DNA of 64,000 nucleotides from a virus. The notes below the pieces were generated by a model, which saw only the letters and a list, made by a program, of their open reading frames with translations, was not told the origin of the DNA and made no database searches. The position numbers were made by a program, and so were the translations under genes. How positions within the stretch are numbered: the first letter of the stretch is position 1; each line of letters begins with the position of its first letter. The stretch lies in IMG/VR virus record IMGVR_UViG_3300042516_003202. One strand, given 5' to 3'. Below, piece after piece: positions 29,806-36,073 of the stretch.

Positions 29806-30066
29806 TCAGGCGAACCAGCGGCCTGCGTCGTCGATCCCACCTGCCCAGCGGCGCTGGGTGCTCTCACCTGCGGGGATCTTCTCCAGATCAACCCAGCGGC
29901 GGCGCTCAATACCCTGCGACATGGGAGGGAAGGAGATGGTGCGATCCTCCAGGCGGCAGGCAAGGGGGGTGGCAGCAGCATGGTAGCGGGCGCTGCCGCC
30001 CCAACCAATGTAGACAGTGCCGTGAGCAGAACCCTGGCAGATGTGGTGGGAGGTGGGGAGGGTCAT
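29806..30066 (-). CDS. early small protein (86 aa)
   Basis: MTLPTSHHICQGSAHG..; cassette context. Confidence 0.7.
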   Translation of the reverse strand: MTLPTSHHICQGSAHGTVYIGWGGSARYHAAATPLACRLEDRTISFPPMSQGIERRRWVDLEKIPAGESTQRRWAGGIDDAGRWFA

Positions 30067-30164
30067 GGTCGGGAAGCGGTGCGGGGTCCGTTTGCCCCGC
30101 TTGAGAGAATACTAGGCGATGGAGGGGGGCACCCGTGGCAGATACCGCACAAGTTTACAAACGT

Positions 30165-30365
30165 TCACACTTCGCGGGTGCTGCACCATCCGCTGATCGG
30201 GCATCGCGGGAGGCGGGCAGCACCGTGGCGATCGTAGGCATCCTGCTGCACGATCCCTGCCAGTTCGGCGGTGCCCACGTGCTGGGCAGATTGCTTGCCG
30301 CTGGCGTGAGTGATCACCCATACGGTCTGGCGGGTGTGGAGGTTGCTGGCGATGTTGAAACGCAT
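30165..30365 (-). CDS. early small protein (66 aa)
   Basis: MRFNIASNLHTRQTVW..; cassette context. Confidence 0.7.
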   Translation of the reverse strand: MRFNIASNLHTRQTVWVITHASGKQSAQHVGTAELAGIVQQDAYDRHGAARLPRCPISGWCSTREV

Positions 30366-30461
30366 TGGGGGCGGTGCTGGTGTGCTCTGGTGAAGGGGTG
30401 GAGGCAAAGGGGAAGGGCAGAGCCCCTCCGCTGTGCCACCTAGCGGGTTGGCACAGCCCGA

Positions 30462-30611
30462 TCAGAAGTCGATGGCGTTGAGTGTAGGTTCTGCACCATA
30501 CTCATCACATTCGTCAACACTATCCCCCAGAACAATAGAGTCAAGAATTTGGAGGATTTGGTCGCCGTTGTTGCCAGAGCGGAGGAGAGAAAGCGCAAGG
30601 TCGCGGGTCAT
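30462..30611 (-). CDS. conserved cyanophage small protein (49 aa)
   Basis: manual translation MTRDLALSLLRSGNNGDQILQILDSI.. Confidence 0.8.
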   Translation of the reverse strand: MTRDLALSLLRSGNNGDQILQILDSIVLGDSVDECDEYGAEPTLNAIDF

Positions 30612-30668
30612 CGTAGTTTTGAAATTAGGGTTACTGGGTGTCTTTAAGGGCGCACCCGTTCCCGTTGA

Positions 30669-30830
30669 TCAGCGTTCCAGTTGTGCCAGCGAACTGGGGG
30701 CGATGTGAGAAGGCGAACCGCAGGAGCGATAGAACTCAACCATGCGATCTGCCTCCTCTTTAGTGTTGAACCACTGGGAGCGCCACTCACACTGATTATA
30801 GGGGGTTTGGTAGCGAACTTCGAAGCGCAT
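30669..30830 (-). CDS. conserved cyanophage small protein (53 aa)
   Basis: manual translation MRFEVRYQTPYNQCEWRSQWF..FYRSCGSP. Confidence 0.8.
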   Translation of the reverse strand: MRFEVRYQTPYNQCEWRSQWFNTKEEADRMVEFYRSCGSPSHIAPSSLAQLER

Positions 30831-30896
30831 GAGGTTTGGGTGGTGAACTTGTACAGTGTAGCACGTGGTGGGGGGCAGGAGCGCCCCCCGTGAGGA

Positions 30897-31163
30897 TCAG
30901 AGACCGAATACGTCGGCGTTGATCTCTGCTCGGTTGATCTCAGGATCGTTCCACATCACACCATCAGGAGTTTGCTTGCTGCCACAGTCATAGAGCACTT
31001 CGATGAGATCCTCATAACAGCAAACGTCACCGTTTTTGATCGTGTTGTAGACACCCTCATCGTTGTTGATGTAGAGTGCAACATTCCAGGTCTTGTAGTT
31101 AGTCCAGTCGCCGTAAGCAACATCCAGCAGGTTGGTCTGGTGAGTGCGGGTTGCGGTTGCCAT
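30897..31163 (-). CDS. conserved phage protein (WTNYxTWNV family)
   Basis: WTNYKTWNVALYINNDEGVY..TPDGV.W motifs. Confidence 0.8.
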   Translation of the reverse strand: MATATRTHQTNLLDVAYGDWTNYKTWNVALYINNDEGVYNTIKNGDVCCYEDLIEVLYDCGSKQTPDGVMWNDPEINRAEINADVFGL

Positions 31164-31228
31164 GGGGTTCGGTGTTGAACTTGTTCAGTGTAGCACGTGG
31201 TGGGGGGCAGGAGCGCCCCCCAGGGGGA

Positions 31229-31408
31229 TCAGATGGCGCTGGTGCCCTTGCTCACCCAGAGTGCCAGGCGCATGGTGCTTGCCTTGCTCACCTGCTTCAC
31301 GGTGCGCCCGTGTGCCAGGGCAGCAGTCTTCAGGCAGGTGCGCTTGGCGTCCTCATTGCCCACCAGGATCAGGCGAGCGTACTGGAGCAGTTGCTGTTGG
31401 GTTGCCAT
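31229..31408 (-). CDS. early small protein (59 aa)
   Basis: manual translation MATQQQLLQYARLILVGNE..; cassette context. Confidence 0.72.
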   Translation of the reverse strand: MATQQQLLQYARLILVGNEDAKRTCLKTAALAHGRTVKQVSKASTMRLALWVSKGTSAI

Positions 31409-31475
31409 GGTCGGTTCGGGTGTTGAACGTGTTCAGTATAGCATGGGTTGGGGGCGCCCAGCGCCCCCAGGGGGA

Positions 31476-31652
31476 TCAGTCTTCAGGTCCGAAGCAGCAC
31501 TCCAGGGAGAATGCTTCCAGTTCCTGGTCGTCGTCCCAACCGTAGAGGTCCCAACCTGGGCCCTCCTCCTCATCACACACGGCGTTCCAGTCATCCTCAG
31601 TGGGCACGAACTGCTCGTCGATCTGAGCGTAGTCGGTGAAGGCGTAGGTCAT
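31476..31652 (-). CDS. acidic small protein (58 aa), N-terminal paralog of 26988-27230
   Basis: manual translation MTYAFTDYAQIDEQFVPTEDDWNAV.. Confidence 0.75.
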   Translation of the reverse strand: MTYAFTDYAQIDEQFVPTEDDWNAVCDEEEGPGWDLYGWDDDQELEAFSLECCFGPED

Positions 31653-31727
31653 GGGGTGGATCCCTCAAGAACAAACGTAGTATGGCATGGGGGTGGGGGG
31701 CGTTTCAACCCCCCGTGTGCCAGTTGA

Positions 31728-31967
31728 TCAGGCGGCGATCACCTGCAGTTGCTCGCTGCGGATCGCGGTGTTGATGAAGCGCCCCACGGATTCGCCCTGT
31801 GCGATAGTGTCATTCACTTGTGCAACAAACTGTTCAACATCAGCAACACCGTAGGTATAGTCACGCCCACCGTTGAAGGTGATGGTCACTTGCCCACTGT
31901 TGCTGTTTTGATCAGTCTTTGCAGCAGTCATGTTCTCGATGGCGCTGGATTCGAATTTGGTAAACAT
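31728..31967 (-). CDS. KTSC-like domain protein
   Basis: ESSAIEN..VTITFNGGRDYTY.V..ESVGRFINTAIR. Confidence 0.6.
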   Translation of the reverse strand: MFTKFESSAIENMTAAKTDQNSNSGQVTITFNGGRDYTYGVADVEQFVAQVNDTIAQGESVGRFINTAIRSEQLQVIAA

Positions 31968-32100
31968 AATTAAAAAAAAGTAAAGGGTTTGAGTGAAGTG
32001 TTTTGAGCGGGATGCTTCACCCCCGCTGATGTGATCAGTATGGCACGGGTTGGGGGTGGGGTCAACCCCCTGTGTGCCACCTTGCCAACTGGTCTACCGC

Positions 32101-32283
32101 TCAGTTTGTATACACTACGTCTGCGTAGTTGTTGTCTAGCATCGCTGCAGCGTAGAGTTTAGGATTGAGATGATAATAGCCGCTGTTCAGTTCAATCCAG
32201 AACGCAGGCATTTCATTCTCACGCCACCAGTAAAGTGCGTCTTTGAAACTATCGAATCCGCAGTTGAGTAGAGCGAACATCAA
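32101..32283 (-). CDS. hypothetical protein
   Basis: 60-aa ORF with ATGA overlap to upstream gene. Confidence 0.6.
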   Translation of the reverse strand: MMFALLNCGFDSFKDALYWWRENEMPAFWIELNSGYYHLNPKLYAAAMLDNNYADVVYTN

Positions 32284-32453
32284 CCCTCCAGCAGTTCGGG
32301 ATAGTATTCCTTAACCTCCTCGGTCAATTCTTCATCCGAATACTTGTCATAACCCTCGCTCAGGTAGTCGTAGCAGAGCATGGTCATCGTCTTGAGGTCC
32401 ATGTCATCCAGCATCTGCTGGATGAGTTGCTCCTGGAGTTCAGTGCGGTTCAT
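32280..32453 (-). CDS. conserved cyanophage small acidic protein (57 aa)
   Basis: manual translation MNRTELQEQLIQQMLDDMDLK..YYPELLEG. Confidence 0.75.
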   Translation of the reverse strand: MNRTELQEQLIQQMLDDMDLKTMTMLCYDYLSEGYDKYSDEELTEEVKEYYPELLEG

Positions 32454-32605
32454 TTCAGAAGTTGGGTGAAGTTGTCGACGATAATTTGGCAGGCAAGATC
32501 TTGAACCTCAGAGAGGTAATCTGCCTCACCGAACTGTGACTCTAGCAGGGAGATCAGATCCTCTTGGATTTGTTCACGAACTGAAATAATGTCAGTTTGG
32601 GTCAT
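32450..32605 (-). CDS. small acidic protein (51 aa)
   Basis: manual translation MTQTDIISVREQIQEDLI..ACQIIVDNF; overlapping start/stop. Confidence 0.7.
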   Translation of the reverse strand: MTQTDIISVREQIQEDLISLLESQFGEADYLSEVQDLACQIIVDNFTQLLK

Positions 32606-32871
32606 CAGTTTGCGTAGATGGACATGTTTTTACGCATACGAATGTAGTCATCAATCATCTCACCAACTTGTTCGTAAATGTAGGAAGAACCGCCTACATC
32701 ACAGAGAACATCTTCAGTGAGAACTTTAGAGAAACGCACTTCATTATCGTTAGCATCGAACTCAAAAACATCCTCTCCAGTATATACAAACGCAGCACAA
32801 CCTGCGTCCTCACCTTGTTGCTCAATCAGTTTGTCGATTGAGTTACGAAGTTCAGAAAGAGTGCGGTACAT
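32605..32871 (-). CDS. conserved cyanophage hypothetical protein
   Basis: MYRTLSELRNSIDKLIEQQGEDAGCAAFVYTGEDV. Confidence 0.75.
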   Translation of the reverse strand: MYRTLSELRNSIDKLIEQQGEDAGCAAFVYTGEDVFEFDANDNEVRFSKVLTEDVLCDVGGSSYIYEQVGEMIDDYIRMRKNMSIYAN

Positions 32872-33035
32872 CAGTCGTTGGTGGGGTGATTGACAATTTG
32901 ATCTTCAATTTGGTTGGCAAGATCTTCCAACCACTCACGATCTTCGTCGTCTTCATACTGTGCATTCTCACGAACAAATCGCATGAGAAACTCAATCTGT
33001 TCGTCAGTGAAATGATACTCTTTGAGTTCAGTCAT
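32871..33035 (-). CDS. small acidic protein (54 aa)
   Basis: manual translation MTELKEYHFTDEQIEFL.. Confidence 0.65.
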   Translation of the reverse strand: MTELKEYHFTDEQIEFLMRFVRENAQYEDDEDREWLEDLANQIEDQIVNHPTND

Positions 33036-33181
33036 CATACCTCATCCCGCATTTCAGAGATCTTGTCATAGAGTTGCTCAACGTCAACGTCAAGGTGCTC
33101 GCTCAACATGCACCAGTCGTGCATCTCCATGATCGCCAGGATGGCGTCGAGTTCTTCAAAGGTGAGGGTGGTAAGTGTCAT
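33035..33181 (-). CDS. small acidic protein (48 aa)
   Basis: manual translation MTLTTLTFEELDAILA.. Confidence 0.65.
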   Translation of the reverse strand: MTLTTLTFEELDAILAIMEMHDWCMLSEHLDVDVEQLYDKISEMRDEV

Positions 33182-33183
33182 GA

Positions 33184-33312
33184 TCAGTAGTCGTAGTTGC
33201 TGTTAAGAAACTGGTTGAAGGATTGCTCCTCGTTGTCATCCTCCTCATAGAGATCTTCAATGTCATAGATCTCACCAGGAGCATCTTGAATCTCAAGCAG
33301 ATAGGTGTCCAT
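33184..33312 (-). CDS. small very acidic protein (42 aa)
   Basis: manual translation MDTYLLEIQDAPGEIYDIEDLYEEDD..; follows palindrome-type promoter. Confidence 0.7.
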   Translation of the reverse strand: MDTYLLEIQDAPGEIYDIEDLYEEDDNEEQSFNQFLNSNYDY

Positions 33313-33379
33313 GGGTTTGGTGGTGAACTTGTTCAGTATAGGGGGTGTGTGGGGCGCTGGGCGCCCCGTGTGTGCCGCT

Positions 33380-33715
33380 TTACTGATTGGTCAGGGCACC
33401 CTGCTCGTTGAGCACACCCCAGGCAATGCCGCTGCTATACAAACCGATGTAGCGGTTGCCAACACTCAACCCAACGATTTCATCGCCTGGTTCACCGATA
33501 AAGTTGACACCAAGGTAGAAGAATTGGGTGATCATTTCAGGGGTTTGGAACTTCATGGTCTGGATCTTCTCCCAGAGGATAGTAGCAACAACGTAAATCA
33601 CTGCTGCCACGGTGAGAACAACAGTCCGCACGTTGGCATAGAGTTTCTGATAATCAACCTGCGCAAGGAAGGCGATCAGGTCGTCGGTGGGGGGGAAGGA
33701 TTTGGTGAGGTTCAT
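33380..33715 (-). CDS. membrane-anchored hypothetical protein
   Basis: MNLTKSFPPTDDL.. with hydrophobic VVLTVAAVIYVVATIL segment. Confidence 0.7.
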   Translation of the reverse strand: MNLTKSFPPTDDLIAFLAQVDYQKLYANVRTVVLTVAAVIYVVATILWEKIQTMKFQTPEMITQFFYLGVNFIGEPGDEIVGLSVGNRYIGLYSSGIAWGVLNEQGALTNQ

Positions 33716-33864
33716 GTCAAGAATGGGGCAGTTGGGGATGTGTAGAGGTGTCCCAACCACGAGATCAGTATGGCACGCCAGGGGCACCAGCACAACCCCC
33801 TGCAACATTCCTTAACATCAGCACCGCTTATCAGTCTCATCAGCAACTCTAATGTCCCAGGGGC

Positions 33865-33893
33865 TTGACACATCCTGTAATCTTGACTAGAAT
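33865..33893 (+). promoter_or_regulatory. sigma70 promoter TTGACA-17-TAGAAT on the plus strand
   Basis: near-consensus; no convincing downstream ORF. Confidence 0.7.
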
Positions 33894-34092
33894 ACCTTTG
33901 CTAGGGTTGATGACAATAATATAAAGCTTAATATTAATACTTTAAAGAGATGTGTTAACATACCCCGCAGGGGTATGAGTTATGTACACATAAGCACGTT
34001 AGATGGTGTGGGAAGGGGTGAGTGGGGTGAAGCACGATTCTTGCACTATAAGACGACTAGAGTAAGGTATAACAATTGCTTTTTATGCAAAG

Positions 34093-34122
34093 AAAAAAGG
34101 CAGGGACACCACTCCCTGCCTT
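34093..34122 (-). terminator. intrinsic terminator downstream of tRNA
   Basis: AAGGCAGGGA-GTGGTG-TCCCTGCCTT followed by T-tract. Confidence 0.8.
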
Positions 34123-34199
34123 CGTTACCCACTCACCTATGTTTTATGGTATATTACCTCTCTCGCGTGTATGGGTGACGATGATCTCAAATCACCCAA

Positions 34200-34284
34200 T
34201 AGGAGCAGGGAGACTTGAACTCCCACGGGCGTTATGCCCAACAGATTTTAAGTCTGGTGTGTCTACCGATTCCACCATGCTCCC
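34200..34284 (-). tRNA. trnL-UAA: tRNA-Leu(UAA), intronless, CCA not encoded
   Basis: GGGAGCA/TGCTCCT acceptor, GGTAGAC D-loop, CT-TAA-AA anticodon loop, long variable arm, GGGAG-TTCAAGT-CTCCC T-arm. Confidence 0.95.
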
Positions 34285-34294
34285 TTATGTGTAT

Positions 34295-34323
34295 AGTATA
34301 CGATATCTCGTGATGATTGTCAA
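34295..34323 (-). promoter_or_regulatory. sigma70 promoter of tRNA-Leu TTGACA-17-TATACT
   Basis: consensus hexamers, 17-nt spacer containing ACGAGAT. Confidence 0.85.
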
Positions 34324-34430
34324 GTGCTTGTCAATCTCGTAGAGATATGATATACTATGATATGCATGATCTCGTAGAGATGTGTATAAGATACGTGTGC
34401 ATCTCGTACACATCTCGCACGCGATCTCGT
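34305..34430. repeat. ATCTCGT heptamer cluster I
   Basis: perfect copies at 34305, 34334, 34369, 34401, 34424, variant at 34412. Confidence 0.85.
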
Positions 34431-34432
34431 AG

Positions 34433-34903
34433 TTACCAATGTTTGTCAAACACGAACCCGTCCACGAACTCGTAGTCATAACGAAGTCCCTGGTCCCAGG
34501 TTGCTTGCCAATCAACTACAACGAACGCAGGAATGTCCAGTGCATAGCAGTCAGTGGTAGTCTGCTCTGCAAAGTCTGCCTCCGATTGATAATGCCCCCG
34601 ATAGGCATCTCCAAAGTACTCCAGATCACTTTCTTCCCAGATAGACAAGAATGCTTCTACAGCATCCTGACTATACAAACCACACAGGCGATCGTAGATT
34701 TCCTGATACTCCTCGGAGATTTCAGGTTCGGGGACCTTAGTCAGCAAACCCTTTGCATTCAACAGTTCTACGTAGAACATGGTGAACTTGAGTTTGCCGT
34801 CGATCTCATAACCACATGCCCGAACGATATCAGACATCTTGGCAGGCGGTTCTTGTGCCTGCATTTCAGTCACTTTAGAAACGAGAGCGGTGCCAGTCAG
34901 CAT
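34433..34903 (-). CDS. cyanophage AbrB-like N-terminal domain fused to ArdA-like antirestriction domain
   Basis: MLTGTAL..IVRACGY..FTMFYVELLNAKG (cyAbrB-like) + DAYRGHYQSEADFAE..VDWQATW..YDY..GFVF (ArdA-like, acidic). Confidence 0.65.
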   Translation of the reverse strand: MLTGTALVSKVTEMQAQEPPAKMSDIVRACGYEIDGKLKFTMFYVELLNAKGLLTKVPEPEISEEYQEIYDRLCGLYSQDAVEAFLSIWEESDLEYFGDAYRGHYQSEADFAEQTTTDCYALDIPAFVVVDWQATWDQGLRYDYEFVDGFVFDKHW

Positions 34904-34983
34904 GGGGATGTCCCTCAGGTACGAATGTAATGTAGCAGGGTTTGAGGTGCTTGTAAAGCACCGAGGTGCCAGTTCAGAAGGCG

Positions 34984-35154
34984 TCACACATCATAGCAGA
35001 TGTTGGCACGCTTCATCTCACCATACCATGCCATGTTAACGTCGTCCATGATGGACTTGAGAGACATGCAGAAATTAGCATGTTCTGCCTGGGAATTCAT
35101 GAGTTCCGTGCGGTGCTCATGACGCTCAACGATCTTGGTGTTGTAGTAGTTCAT
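34984..35154 (-). CDS. early small protein (56 aa)
   Basis: manual translation MNYYNTKIVERHEHRTELM..; palindrome-type promoter upstream. Confidence 0.7.
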   Translation of the reverse strand: MNYYNTKIVERHEHRTELMNSQAEHANFCMSLKSIMDDVNMAWYGEMKRANICYDV

Positions 35155-35221
35155 GGGGGTGTTTCAGGAACGAATGTAATGTAGCAGGGTGCTGGGTAGA
35201 AGTCCAGCACCCTTGTGCCAG

Positions 35222-35377
35222 TTAGTTCACTGCCACACGCTCATAGTCCACATAGGCATGTGGAAACATTTCACTGTACTCATCCACAAGATCTTCTGCA
35301 TGTTCCTTTGTTTTTGAAACGGACAGGAGTTTGCGACCACTAATTTCATCCCAGGAAAGCATGAAAACGTGATACAT
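35222..35377 (-). CDS. early small protein (51 aa)
   Basis: MYHVFMLSWDE..YSEMFPHAYVDY; palindrome-type promoter upstream. Confidence 0.72.
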   Translation of the reverse strand: MYHVFMLSWDEISGRKLLSVSKTKEHAEDLVDEYSEMFPHAYVDYERVAVN

Positions 35378-35448
35378 CGGAGAATTCCTCAGGAACGAAT
35401 GTAATATAACCCCCCAGCACCAGAAGCGCAAGGGGGGTTGGTCCAGTC

Positions 35449-35653
35449 TCACACCTGGCACAATTGCACAAGGCGGTTGCGAATATCAAACAACTCCATC
35501 TCATCCATATCTGCAGAATCAAGATCTACAGGGGCAAATTCTTCAAGATTAATATTGCCATCAGAATAGATGGGAGCATAGTACAACTCATCGCCATCTT
35601 CCTGGGAGAGAGTGTATACACAACCGTGATCAGGGTAGGTGATGAAAATCATG
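35449..35653 (-). CDS. early small acidic protein
   Basis: MIFITYPDHGCVYTLSQEDGDELYYAPI..; start placed downstream of the TATGTT -10 at 35677-35682. Confidence 0.7.
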
Positions 35654-35712
35654 GTGCCGTGGTGTTGAACGAAACCAACATAACGCCGATTTGGGGTGCT
35701 TTGGGGCAACAT

Positions 35713-35736
35713 TAGACCAGTTCACAAAGCGGCACA
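35713..35736. promoter_or_regulatory. 24-bp palindromic site shared by divergent promoters
   Basis: TAGACCAGT-N6-AGCGGCACA; -10 boxes exactly 30 bp away on both sides (TATGTT minus 35677-35682; TATCTT plus 35767-35772). Confidence 0.7.
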
Positions 35737-35891
35737 AGACCTGCCCCAGGTGGCAGGGTGCTGTGGTATCTTATAAGGACAATCAGATGAGGGGAGGGGT
35801 ATCCCTGTGGACGACAATACATCGCCACTTTCCCTGCCTTGAAATAATTATATAACGCTACTGTTATACCATTATAGCATATTATAATGAT

Positions 35892-35915
35892 TGTGCCAGT
35901 ATAAGAACTGGCACA
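35892..35915. repeat. perfect copy of the 24-bp palindrome TGTGCCAGT-ATAAGA-ACTGGCACA
   Basis: perfect 9-bp inverted repeat; 15 degenerate copies elsewhere (30432-60606). Confidence 0.9.
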
Positions 35916-36073
35916 TGTATCAGAATGGATCTAGATCCTTTATGCTAGCATGGACTTCTTCATCACCCTCAAGATCTAGAAGATCTTTCCAGTTCATATC
36001 TTCTAGATCTAGATCATCATAACACTCAACGTATAGAGTGACACATACCTTGCGTTTTTGTGCGATCATGAGT

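Larger units (their letters stand above)
26589..31730 (-). repeat. dispersed ~70-bp promoter/hairpin cassette repeated ~19 times between small ORFs
   Basis: consensus TGATCCTCAC-[GGGGCAGGTTGACGCCTGCCCC or GGGGCACCCACGGGTGCCCC]-N8-TA(C/G)AAT-TC(T/C)(C)A(A/G)GCACACCGCACCGC-ATG; copies at 26589, 26919, 27231, 27561, 27812, 28072, 28298, 28493, 28742, 28990, 29222, 29471, 29742, 30067, 30366, 30831, 31164, 31409, 31653. Confidence 0.92.

Noticed and set aside
26425-31727. Long plus-strand and alternative-frame ORFs in the GC-rich block (e.g. 26466-27584, 27575-28513, 29318-29986, 31197-31727)
   Set aside because: They read across the repeated modules, show no recognisable motifs, and are expected shadows of stop-poor GC-rich DNA; the real genes are the minus-strand ATGs directly after each leader.
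26589-31730. CRISPR array interpretation of the repeated modules
   Set aside because: Repeats are ~70 bp, degenerate and contain promoters; the intervening 150-260 bp segments are intact ORFs; no cas genes are visible.
26589-31730. True integron with attC sites
   Set aside because: No tyrosine recombinase in the window and no GTTRRRY/RYYYAAC core pattern; the analogy is only architectural.
34890-34903. GTGCCAGT half-site at the start of the AbrB/ArdA gene
   Set aside because: It is coding sequence (ATG CTG ACT GGC ACC) with no second half or correctly spaced -10.
35892-35915. Identification of the palindrome as a CRP, NtcA or LexA box
   Set aside because: Half-site and spacing do not fit TGTGA-N6-TCACA, GTA-N8-TAC or the cyanobacterial LexA motif.
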